Positions 49,301 to 56,543 are shown, numbered from the stretch's first letter. The stretch is DNA of 64,000 nt from Sulfurovaceae bacterium (GCA_963676245.1 OY781042.1:1117019-1181018); one strand, 5' to 3'. Made by a program: numbers and translations. Notes: generated by a model not told the origin, from the sequence alone.

Positions 49301-50080
49301 ACAATAGATGTCGATGATGGCTTGAGCATAGATACTGTAGCAACGATTACTCCGACAGAGGATACAGTAGCTGCAGGTGATGTCGTAGGAACAACAACAG
49401 GAAGTGATGTTGATGGCGGAACGATTACATATAGTATCGATGATACAACCAACTATGCGATCGATCCGGTTACAGGTGAAGTGACACTTACACAAGCAGG
49501 TGCCGATCTCGTCAACGCAGGTGAGGATCTCCCTACATATACAGTCTCAGGTGTATCAACTTCAGGCAACACCGGAAGCGATAGTGATACTCCGGCATCT
49601 ACAATAGATGTCGATGATGGCTTGAGCATAGATACTGTAGCAACGATTACTCCGACAGAGGATACAGTAGCTGCAGGTGATGTCGTAGGAACAACAACAG
49701 GAAGTGATGTTGATGGCGGAACGATTACATATAGTATCGATGATACAACCAACTATGCGATCGATCCGGTTACAGGTGAAGTGACACTTACACAAGCAGG
49801 TGCCGATCTCGTCAACGCAGGTGAGGATCTCCCTACATATACAGTCTCAGGTGTATCAACTTCAGGCAACACCGGAAGCGATAGTGATACTCCGGCATCT
49901 ACAATAGATGTCGATGATGGCTTGAGCATAGATACTGTAGCAACGATTACTCCGACAGAGGATACAGTAGCTGCAGGTGATGTCGTAGGAACAACAACAG
50001 GAAGTGATGTTGATGGCGGAACGATTACATATAGTATCGATGATACAACCCAACTATGCGATCGATCCGGTTACAGGTGA
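43322..50080 (+). CDS. Repeat-only ORF fragment of the adhesin array (sense frame), longest uninterrupted run
   Basis: 2252 codons, equal to 22.5 identical repeats. It has no signal peptide, no unique N- or C-terminal sequence and no evident RBS, so it is not a stand-alone gene. Confidence 0.5.
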   Translation: MSIDTVATITPTEDTVAAGDVVGTTTGSDVDGGTITYSIDDTTNYAIDPVTGEVTLTQAGADLVNAGEDLPTYTVSGVSTSGNTGSDSDTPASTIDVDDGLSIDTVATITPTEDTVAAGDVVGTTTGSDVDGGTITYSIDDTTNYAIDPVTGEVTLTQAGADLVNAGEDLPTYTVSGVSTSGNTGSDSDTPASTIDVDDGLSIDTVATITPTEDTVAAGDVVGTTTGSDVDGGTITYSIDDTTNYAIDPVTGEVTLTQAGADLVNAGEDLPTYTVSGVSTSGNTGSDSDTPASTIDVDDGLSIDTVATITPTEDTVAAGDVVGTTTGSDVDGGTITYSIDDTTNYAIDPVTGEVTLTQAGADLVNAGEDLPTYTVSGVSTSGNTGSDSDTPASTIDVDDGLSIDTVATITPTEDTVAAGDVVGTTTGSDVDGGTITYSIDDTTNYAIDPVTGEVTLTQAGADLVNAGEDLPTYTVSGVSTSGNTGSDSDTPASTIDVDDGLSIDTVATITPTEDTVAAGDVVGTTTGSDVDGGTITYSIDDTTNYAIDPVTGEVTLTQAGADLVNAGEDLPTYTVSGVSTSGNTGSDSDTPASTIDVDDGLSIDTVATITPTEDTVAAGDVVGTTTGSDVDGGTITYSIDDTTNYAIDPVTGEVTLTQAGADLVNAGEDLPTYTVSGVSTSGNTGSDSDTPASTIDVDDGLSIDTVATITPTEDTVAAGDVVGTTTGSDVDGGTITYSIDDTTNYAIDPVTGEVTLTQAGADLVNAGEDLPTYTVSGVSTSGNTGSDSDTPASTIDVDDGLSIDTVATITPTEDTVAAGDVVGTTTGSDVDGGTITYSIDDTTNYAIDPVTGEVTLTQAGADLVNAGEDLPTYTVSGVSTSGNTGSDSDTPASTIDVDDGLSIDTVATITPTEDTVAAGDVVGTTTGSDVDGGTITYSIDDTTNYAIDPVTGEVTLTQAGADLVNAGEDLPTYTVSGVSTSGNTGSDSDTPASTIDVDDGLSIDTVATITPTEDTVAAGDVVGTTTGSDVDGGTITYSIDDTTNYAIDPVTGEVTLTQAGADLVNAGEDLPTYTVSGVSTSGNTGSDSDTPASTIDVDDGLSIDTVATITPTEDTVAAGDVVGTTTGSDVDGGTITYSIDDTTNYAIDPVTGEVTLTQAGADLVNAGEDLPTYTVSGVSTSGNTGSDSDTPASTIDVDDGLSIDTVATITPTEDTVAAGDVVGTTTGSDVDGGTITYSIDDTTNYAIDPVTGEVTLTQAGADLVNAGEDLPTYTVSGVSTSGNTGSDSDTPASTIDVDDGLSIDTVATITPTEDTVAAGDVVGTTTGSDVDGGTITYSIDDTTNYAIDPVTGEVTLTQAGADLVNAGEDLPTYTVSGVSTSGNTGSDSDTPASTIDVDDGLSIDTVATITPTEDTVAAGDVVGTTTGSDVDGGTITYSIDDTTNYAIDPVTGEVTLTQAGADLVNAGEDLPTYTVSGVSTSGNTGSDSDTPASTIDVDDGLSIDTVATITPTEDTVAAGDVVGTTTGSDVDGGTITYSIDDTTNYAIDPVTGEVTLTQAGADLVNAGEDLPTYTVSGVSTSGNTGSDSDTPASTIDVDDGLSIDTVATITPTEDTVAAGDVVGTTTGSDVDGGTITYSIDDTTNYAIDPVTGEVTLTQAGADLVNAGEDLPTYTVSGVSTSGNTGSDSDTPASTIDVDDGLSIDTVATITPTEDTVAAGDVVGTTTGSDVDGGTITYSIDDTTNYAIDPVTGEVTLTQAGADLVNAGEDLPTYTVSGVSTSGNTGSDSDTPASTIDVDDGLSIDTVATITPTEDTVAAGDVVGTTTGSDVDGGTITYSIDDTTNYAIDPVTGEVTLTQAGADLVNAGEDLPTYTVSGVSTSGNTGSDSDTPASTIDVDDGLSIDTVATITPTEDTVAAGDVVGTTTGSDVDGGTITYSIDDTTNYAIDPVTGEVTLTQAGADLVNAGEDLPTYTVSGVSTSGNTGSDSDTPASTIDVDDGLSIDTVATITPTEDTVAAGDVVGTTTGSDVDGGTITYSIDDTTNYAIDPVTGEVTLTQAGADLVNAGEDLPTYTVSGVSTSGNTGSDSDTPASTIDVDDGLSIDTVATITPTEDTVAAGDVVGTTTGSDVDGGTITYSIDDTTNYAIDPVTGEVTLTQAGADLVNAGEDLPTYTVSGVSTSGNTGSDSDTPASTIDVDDGLSIDTVATITPTEDTVAAGDVVGTTTGSDVDGGTITYSIDDTTQLCDRSGYR

Positions 50081-50221
50081 AGTGACACTTACACAAGCAG
50101 GTGCCGATCTCGTCAACGCAGGTGAGGATCTCCCTACATATACAGTCTCAGGTGTATCACTTCAGGCAACACCGGAAGCGATAGTGATACTCCGGCATCT
50201 ACAATAGATGTCGATGATGGC

Positions 50222-51169
50222 TTGAGCATAGATACTGTAGCAACGATTACTCCGACAGAGGATACAGTAGCTGCAGGTGATGTCGTAGGAACAACAACAG
50301 GAAGTGATGTTGATGGCGGAACGATTACATATAGTATCGATGATACAACCAACTATGCGATCGATCCGGTTACAGGTGAAGTGACACTTACACAAGCAGG
50401 TGCCGATCTCGTCAACGCAGGTGAGGATCTCCCTACATATACAGTCTCAGGTGTATCAACTTCAGGCAACACCGGAAGCGATAGTGATACTCCGGCATCT
50501 ACAATAGATGTCGATGATGGCTTGAGCATAGATACTGTAGCAACGATTACTCCGACAGAGGATACAGTAGCTGCAGGTGATGTCGTAGGAACAACAACAG
50601 GAAGTGATGTTGATGGCGGAACGATTACATATAGTATCGATGATACAACCAACTATGCGATCGATCCGGTTACAGGTGAAGTGACACTTACACAAGCAGG
50701 TGCCGATCTCGTCAACGCAGGTGAGGATCTCCCTACATATACAGTCTCAGGTGTATCAACTTCAGGCAACACCGGAAGCGATAGTGATACTCCGGCATCT
50801 ACAATAGATGTCGATGATGGCTTGAGCATAGATACTGTAGCAACGATTACTCCGACAGAGGATACAGTAGCTGCAGGTGATGTCGTAGGAACAACAACAG
50901 GAAGTGATGTTGATGGCGGAACGATTACATATAGTATCGATGATACAACCAACTATGCGATCGATCCGGTTACAGGTGAAGTGACACTTACACAAGCAGG
51001 TGCCGATCTCGTCAACGCAGGTGAGGATCTCCCTACATATACAGTCTCAGGTGTATCAACTTCAGGCAACACCGGAAGCGATAGTGATACTCCGGCATCT
51101 ACAATAGATGTCGATGATGGCTTGAGCATAGATACTGTAGCACGATTACTCCGACAGAGGATACAGTAG
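50222..51169 (+). CDS. Repeat-only ORF fragment of the adhesin array (sense frame)
   Basis: 315 codons, bounded by indels at about 50160 and about 51142. Confidence 0.45.
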   Translation: MSIDTVATITPTEDTVAAGDVVGTTTGSDVDGGTITYSIDDTTNYAIDPVTGEVTLTQAGADLVNAGEDLPTYTVSGVSTSGNTGSDSDTPASTIDVDDGLSIDTVATITPTEDTVAAGDVVGTTTGSDVDGGTITYSIDDTTNYAIDPVTGEVTLTQAGADLVNAGEDLPTYTVSGVSTSGNTGSDSDTPASTIDVDDGLSIDTVATITPTEDTVAAGDVVGTTTGSDVDGGTITYSIDDTTNYAIDPVTGEVTLTQAGADLVNAGEDLPTYTVSGVSTSGNTGSDSDTPASTIDVDDGLSIDTVARLLRQRIQ

Positions 51170-51596
51170 CATGCAGGTGATGTCGTAGGAACAACAACAG
51201 GAAGTGATGTTGATGGCGGAACGATTACATATAGTATCGATGATACAAACCAACTATGCGATCGATCGGTTACAGGTGAAGTGACACTTACACAAGCAGG
51301 TGCCGATCTCGTCAACGCAGGTGAGGATCTCCCTACATATACAGTCTCAGGTGTATCAACTCAGGCAACACCGGAAGCGATAGTGATACTCCGGCATCTA
51401 CAATAGATGTCGATGATGGCTTGAGCATAGATACTGTAGCAACGATTACTCGACAGAGGATACAGTAGCTGCAGGTGATGTCGTAGGAACAACAACAGGA
51501 AGTGATGTTGATGCGGAACGATTACATATAGTATCGATGATACAACCAACTATGCGATCGATCCGGTTACAGGTGAAGTGACACTTACACAAGCAG

Positions 51597-53195
51597 GTGC
51601 CGATCTCGTCAACGCAGGTGAGGATCTCCCTACATATACCAGTCTCAGGTGTATCAACTTCAGGCAACACCGGAAGCGATAGTGATACTCCGGCATCTAC
51701 AATAGATGTCGATGATGGCTTGAGCATAGATACTGTAGCAACGATTACTCCGACAGAGGATACAGTAGCTGCAGGTGATGTCGTAGGAACAACAACAGGA
51801 AGTGATGTTGATGGCGGAACGATTACATATAGTATCGATGATACAACCAACTATGCGATCGATCCGGTTACAGGTGAAGTGACACTTACACAAGCAGGTG
51901 CCGATCTCGTCAACGCAGGTGAGGATCTCCCTACATATACAGTCTCAGGTGTATCAACTTCAGGCAACACCGGAAGCGATAGTGATACTCCGGCATCTAC
52001 AATAGATGTCGATGATGGCTTGAGCATAGATACTGTAGCAACGATTACTCCGACAGAGGATACAGTAGCTGCAGGTGATGTCGTAGGAACAACAACAGGA
52101 AGTGATGTTGATGGCGGAACGATTACATATAGTATCGATGATACAACCAACTATGCGATCGATCCGGTTACAGGTGAAGTGACACTTACACAAGCAGGTG
52201 CCGATCTCGTCAACGCAGGTGAGGATCTCCCTACATATACAGTCTCAGGTGTATCAACTTCAGGCAACACCGGAAGCGATAGTGATACTCCGGCATCTAC
52301 AATAGATGTCGATGATGGCTTGAGCATAGATACTGTAGCAACGATTACTCCGACAGAGGATACAGTAGCTGCAGGTGATGTCGTAGGAACAACAACAGGA
52401 AGTGATGTTGATGGCGGAACGATTACATATAGTATCGATGATACAACCAACTATGCGATCGATCCGGTTACAGGTGAAGTGACACTTACACAAGCAGGTG
52501 CCGATCTCGTCAACGCAGGTGAGGATCTCCCTACATATACAGTCTCAGGTGTATCAACTTCAGGCAACACCGGAAGCGATAGTGATACTCCGGCATCTAC
52601 AATAGATGTCGATGATGGCTTGAGCATAGATACTGTAGCAACGATTACTCCGACAGAGGATACAGTAGCTGCAGGTGATGTCGTAGGAACAACAACAGGA
52701 AGTGATGTTGATGGCGGAACGATTACATATAGTATCGATGATACAACCAACTATGCGATCGATCCGGTTACAGGTGAAGTGACACTTACACAAGCAGGTG
52801 CCGATCTCGTCAACGCAGGTGAGGATCTCCCTACATATACAGTCTCAGGTGTATCAACTTCAGGCAACACCGGAAGCGATAGTGATACTCCGGCATCTAC
52901 AATAGATGTCGATGATGGCTTGAGCATAGATACTGTAGCAACGATTACTCCGACAGAGGATACAGTAGCTGCAGGTGATGTCGTAGGAACAACAACAGGA
53001 AGTGATGTTGATGGCGGAACGATTACATATAGTATCGATGATACAACCAACTATGCGATCGATCCGGTTACAGGTGAAGTGACACTTACACAAGCAGGTG
53101 CCGATGAGTATCACTATCGCTTCCGGTTGCACCAAAAGGGTCGGTTGCTGTTACTTCTACAGGAGGTAGATCACCTCCGCTGTTCACCAAATTAG
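51597..53195 (+). CDS. Repeat-only ORF fragment of the adhesin array, running through the right strand-switch junction
   Basis: 532 codons. The first ~12 residues are out of frame. The last ~30 (EYHYRFRLHQKG...) are antisense to the minus-strand N-terminal part. Confidence 0.4.
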   Translation: MPISSTQVRISLHIPVSGVSTSGNTGSDSDTPASTIDVDDGLSIDTVATITPTEDTVAAGDVVGTTTGSDVDGGTITYSIDDTTNYAIDPVTGEVTLTQAGADLVNAGEDLPTYTVSGVSTSGNTGSDSDTPASTIDVDDGLSIDTVATITPTEDTVAAGDVVGTTTGSDVDGGTITYSIDDTTNYAIDPVTGEVTLTQAGADLVNAGEDLPTYTVSGVSTSGNTGSDSDTPASTIDVDDGLSIDTVATITPTEDTVAAGDVVGTTTGSDVDGGTITYSIDDTTNYAIDPVTGEVTLTQAGADLVNAGEDLPTYTVSGVSTSGNTGSDSDTPASTIDVDDGLSIDTVATITPTEDTVAAGDVVGTTTGSDVDGGTITYSIDDTTNYAIDPVTGEVTLTQAGADLVNAGEDLPTYTVSGVSTSGNTGSDSDTPASTIDVDDGLSIDTVATITPTEDTVAAGDVVGTTTGSDVDGGTITYSIDDTTNYAIDPVTGEVTLTQAGADEYHYRFRLHQKGRLLLLLQEVDHLRCSPN

Positions 53196-53895
53196 CACCT
53201 GCTTGTGTAAGTGTTACCTCTCCTGTTGCAGAATCAATTGCATAAACACCGCCTGGGTTTGTTGTAAGAGAGTATGTGAGGGTATCTCCATCTTCATCGC
53301 TTCCGACACTTGTTGCTACTTGATCACCTTCGCTTACTGTACCTTCAGTCGGGCTGAGCGTAACTGTTACTTCTACTTCAGGAGCAGTATTAGTTTCAAC
53401 AGCAGAGGCTTGGCCGCCACCGCCACCGCCACCGCCACCTGCACCGGCAAGGGCTCCCGCTCCAAGTACGCCAAGCAGAATCGGAAGGAAACCACCGTCT
53501 GATTCTGTATTAAGAACTTGATAAGATGATAGACCATCATTTAGATTTTCCGCAAGCATTGTTGAATCAAGTTCTTGAGGGCTATAAGCATAAAGATTTC
53601 CATCTTCGGCTACACCAAATATTTGTCCCTCATCATTTTCGTAATAATCTTTGACAATGACGGTAGAGTCGTCATCTTCGCTCTCAGTCTCATTGAGAAT
53701 TTTAATTTCAAGATCATCACCTTTTCTTGTGACTTTAATCATATCAGGCGCTAAATTTTTAGTTAAATCTTTAACCTCATAGCTTGAATTAGGCTGTGCT
53801 TGAACAATAAGTGGCGAACCCCCGCCATCGGGGATATTTATCTCGGATCTTGTCCCATCACTGTTGTTGATGATGTTTAATATATTTTTACTCAT
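53086..53895 (-). CDS. Giant adhesin, N-terminal part (BapA/LapA-type prefix or retention region, Gly-rich hydrophobic segment, first divergent repeat)
   Basis: The ATG at 53895 lies 8 nt after AAGGA. The protein reads MSKNILNIINNSDGTRSEINIP...VTRKGDDLEIKIL...VIVKDYYEN, then LPILLGVLGAGALAGAG(G)9, then a repeat roughly 55-60% identical by eye to the array unit, ending GATGSDSDT at 53106. The last 6 codons (HRHLLV) are antisense array sequence. Confidence 0.8.
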   Translation of the reverse strand: MSKNILNIINNSDGTRSEINIPDGGGSPLIVQAQPNSSYEVKDLTKNLAPDMIKVTRKGDDLEIKILNETESEDDDSTVIVKDYYENDEGQIFGVAEDGNLYAYSPQELDSTMLAENLNDGLSSYQVLNTESDGGFLPILLGVLGAGALAGAGGGGGGGGGQASAVETNTAPEVEVTVTLSPTEGTVSEGDQVATSVGSDEDGDTLTYSLTTNPGGVYAIDSATGEVTLTQAGANLVNSGGDLPPVEVTATDPFGATGSDSDTHRHLLV

Positions 53896-54318
53896 CTTTT
53901 TTCCTTAAATAAATACATAGTAAAAATTACCAAGGACTGAGAGGACAGATTTGCATCAATTTAATTTATAATAGCATAAAATAAAATTATCAAAATTTGT
54001 TTGTCTCATTACCTTAGCGCAATCTACGCTATAAACTTGTTTAATTAATATAATCTAAATTCAATGAACACTATGACCTTTCGGTCTTAATACTATATTA
54101 ACACTAATTTCCTTAAAGTTTTTTTATAAAATATATTTATTGATATTAATCATCTCTTTTTAATATATTAGGAGTATTTTTGTCCAGTATTAATTTTTGT
54201 GTAATAAAGAAACATTTTGACTCTTTTTTAAAGAAAAACCCCACTAAATTAATATATTTATTGTGAAGTAGTGTTACACTAACTGCTAGAAAAACAAAGA
54301 AATAAAAGGATGATAATA

Positions 54319-56502
54319 ATGTCAGATTTAGCAAAAATCATTTGGTCAAAGATTGATGAAGCACCTGCGTTGGCAACATATTCATTATTGCCTATAGTTA
54401 ACGCTTTTACTAAAGCAGCAGGAGTAGAGGTGGTTACAAGTGACATCTCGCTAGCCGGGAGAGTTCTTGCTGCAATGGGCTTAGCTGAGGACAATTTATC
54501 AAAGTTGGGTAAAGTTGTTTTGCAGGCAGATGGAAATATTATAAAACTTCCTAATGTGTCCGCTTCTATCGGTCAGCTTAAAGATTGTATAGCTGAACTT
54601 CAAGCTCAAGGTTATGATATTCCTAACTTTCCAGAAAACCCTTCAAATGCAGAAGAAGAAGCAGTGCGTGCTAAATATAATGTATGTTTAGGAAGTGCTG
54701 TTAATCCTGTTCTTCGTGAAGGAAACTCTGATAGACGTGCTGCAGCAGCTGTTAAAAAGTTTGCTCAAAATAATCCTCACAGACTTAAAGCGTTTAGTGA
54801 AAACTCTAAAGCTTATGTTGCTCATATGGGCGGTAATGGTGATTTTTATGGTAATGAGCAATCAGTTACTATGCAAAAAGGCGGAAAAGTTACTATCGCA
54901 TTAAATGGTAAAACTTTAGCTACAGTTGATGCTTTAGATAAAGAGATCTTAGATGGTACTTTTATGTCAGCTAAAGCTTTAAGAGCATTTATACAAAAAA
55001 CTATTGATGATGCAAAAGCAAACGGAGTTTTATGGTCTATTCACCTTAAAGCTACTATGATGAAAATATCAGATCCGATTATGTTCGGTCATGCATTGGA
55101 AGTGTTTTTTGCAGATGTATTTACAAAATACGCAGAAGATTTTAAAGCTTTGGGTGTAAATGCTAGACTTGGTATATCTGATATTGAGAAAAAGATAGCA
55201 GGACACGCTAAAGAAGCTGAAATCAAAGCTGCATTTAAAGCGGTAGTTGATTCTGATTCTCCAAAAATTGCTATGGTTGATTCTGATAAAGGTACAACTA
55301 ACTTTAATGCTTCAAACGATGTTATCATTGATGCTTCAATGCCTGTAGTTGTACGTGAAGGTGGAAGACAATGGGATAGAAATGGTGATGCATGCGAGTG
55401 TGTTGCAGTTATTCCTGATTCAACATACGGAATGTTCCATGAAGAGATGGTAGCTGATTGTGTTAAAAATGGTCAGTATGATGTAGCAACAATGGGTAAT
55501 GTTGCAAATGTTGGTTTAATGGCGCAAAAAGCTGAAGAGTACGGAAGCCATCCTACAACTTTTGAGATGGCAGAAGATGGAAGGGTAACTGTAACTACTG
55601 AAGATGGCACAGAGTTGATGAGTTTTGATGTTGAAGCGGGTGATATTTGGAGAATGTCTCGTGCCAAAGATATCCCTATCAAAGACTGGGTTCGATTGGC
55701 AGTTGAGCGCGCGCGCCTTACGGGGAGTCCTGCCATTTTCTGGTTGGATGAAAACAGAGCTCACGACAGAGAGATGATTAAAAAAGTAAATGAGTATTTA
55801 AAAGATCACGATACATCTGGACTTGATATTCAAATTATGGATATTGCATCTGCAACTCGCTATACAAATGCACGTGTTAGAAAAGGTGAAGATACAATCT
55901 CTGTAACAGGAAATGTTTTACGTGATCACTTGACTGATATGTATCCTATTTTGGAGCTTGGAACATCTGCAAAAATGTTATCAATCGTACCATTATTAGC
56001 TGGTGGTGGTCTGTATGAGACAGGTGCCGGCGGATCTGCTCCTAAGCATGTTGATCAATTTTTAGCCGAGGGTCACTTAAGGTGGGATTCATTAGGCGAA
56101 TTTTTAGCGCTTGCTGAATCTTTGAGATTTATCGCACAAAAAAATGATTCAGCCGATCTAGCTGCAGTTACAGCAGCGCTTGATAAGGCAAACGATAGCT
56201 ACCTTGGTGAAAATAAGGCTCCATCTCGCAAATGTGGCGAACCAGACAATAAGGCAAGCCATTTTTATTTGGCGCTATATTGGGCAGAGGCATTAGCACA
56301 GAGTGATAATACTGGGCTATCAGCCAAATTTGCTCCTATCGCTAAAGCTTTGAAAGAAAATGAAGCCAAGATAATCGAAGAGTTGCTCTTGATTGAGGGC
56401 AAACCTCAAGATATAGGCGGATATTATCATCCGGATGATACAAAAGCAGAGGCTGCGATGAGACCGTCAGCTACCTTAAATAGTATTATTGATTCTATCT
56501 AG
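54319..56502 (+). CDS. icd: Monomeric NADP-dependent isocitrate dehydrogenase
   Basis: About 728 aa. The N-terminus KIIWSKIDEAPALATYSLLPIV is typical of the monomeric IDH family. The ATG at 54319 lies 8 nt after AAAGGA. The longest ORF starts at 54310. Confidence 0.92.
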   Translation: MSDLAKIIWSKIDEAPALATYSLLPIVNAFTKAAGVEVVTSDISLAGRVLAAMGLAEDNLSKLGKVVLQADGNIIKLPNVSASIGQLKDCIAELQAQGYDIPNFPENPSNAEEEAVRAKYNVCLGSAVNPVLREGNSDRRAAAAVKKFAQNNPHRLKAFSENSKAYVAHMGGNGDFYGNEQSVTMQKGGKVTIALNGKTLATVDALDKEILDGTFMSAKALRAFIQKTIDDAKANGVLWSIHLKATMMKISDPIMFGHALEVFFADVFTKYAEDFKALGVNARLGISDIEKKIAGHAKEAEIKAAFKAVVDSDSPKIAMVDSDKGTTNFNASNDVIIDASMPVVVREGGRQWDRNGDACECVAVIPDSTYGMFHEEMVADCVKNGQYDVATMGNVANVGLMAQKAEEYGSHPTTFEMAEDGRVTVTTEDGTELMSFDVEAGDIWRMSRAKDIPIKDWVRLAVERARLTGSPAIFWLDENRAHDREMIKKVNEYLKDHDTSGLDIQIMDIASATRYTNARVRKGEDTISVTGNVLRDHLTDMYPILELGTSAKMLSIVPLLAGGGLYETGAGGSAPKHVDQFLAEGHLRWDSLGEFLALAESLRFIAQKNDSADLAAVTAALDKANDSYLGENKAPSRKCGEPDNKASHFYLALYWAEALAQSDNTGLSAKFAPIAKALKENEAKIIEELLLIEGKPQDIGGYYHPDDTKAEAAMRPSATLNSIIDSI

Positions 56503-56513
56503 TTTAATTGACA

Positions 56514-56543
56514 CTTTACATAGTCTTTAAAGGCTATGTAAAG
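56514..56543 (+). terminator. Hairpin terminator after icd
   Basis: ctttacatag-10 nt-ctatgtaaag (perfect 10-bp stem) followed by ttcttaaaat. Confidence 0.55.

Larger units (their letters stand above)
39132..53105 (+). repeat. Tandem array of ~46.6 copies of a 300-bp (100-aa) cadherin-like repeat, sense frame on the plus strand
   Basis: The period is exactly 300 nt. The unit encodes DGLSIDTVATITPTEDTVAAGDVVGTTTGSDVDGGTITYSIDDTTNYAIDPVTGEVTLTQAGADLVNAGEDLPTYTVSGVSTSGNTGSDSDTPASTIDVD. Copies are identical apart from 17 single-base indels. Confidence 0.95.
35502..53895 (-). pseudogene. Giant type-I-secreted cadherin-repeat adhesin locus (~18.4 kb), not a single ORF as assembled
   Basis: The minus-strand N-terminal and C-terminal parts share the same 100-aa repeat as the central array. 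The array is in the opposite orientation and carries 1-nt indels. See findings. Confidence 0.7.

Noticed and set aside
39256-53050. Ladders of identical minus-strand ORFs, one per repeat: 99 aa (MVVSSILYVIVPPSTSLP...) and 77 aa (MCKCHFTCNRIDRIVG...), each recurring every 300 nt.
   Set aside because: These are antisense or off-frame readings of the adhesin repeat. Their Ser/Val/Pro/Thr- or Cys-rich low-complexity composition mirrors the D/T/G/V-rich sense codons. They have no RBS and no independent features. The sense frame is fixed by homology to the minus-strand N- and C-terminal parts, which encode the same 100-aa unit.
38511-53105. Possible CRISPR array or satellite, given the strict periodicity.
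   Set aside because: The period is 300 nt with no unique spacers between repeats. The unit is a continuous open reading frame encoding a cadherin-like domain, and no cas genes are nearby.
39100-53130. A programmed invertible segment (phase-variable ON/OFF switch) controlling the adhesin.
   Set aside because: Not excluded, but unsupported. There is no site-specific recombinase gene in the window. The two junctions share no matching inverted-repeat recombination sites. Their repeat phases are non-equivalent, and extra deletions lie next to the left junction. It is kept only as the least likely option in the main finding.
54146-54494. Small minus-strand ORFs (62 and 71 aa) in or overlapping the icd upstream region.
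   Set aside because: They lie in AT-rich intergenic DNA, or are antisense to the icd 5' end. There is no RBS and the sequence is low-complexity.
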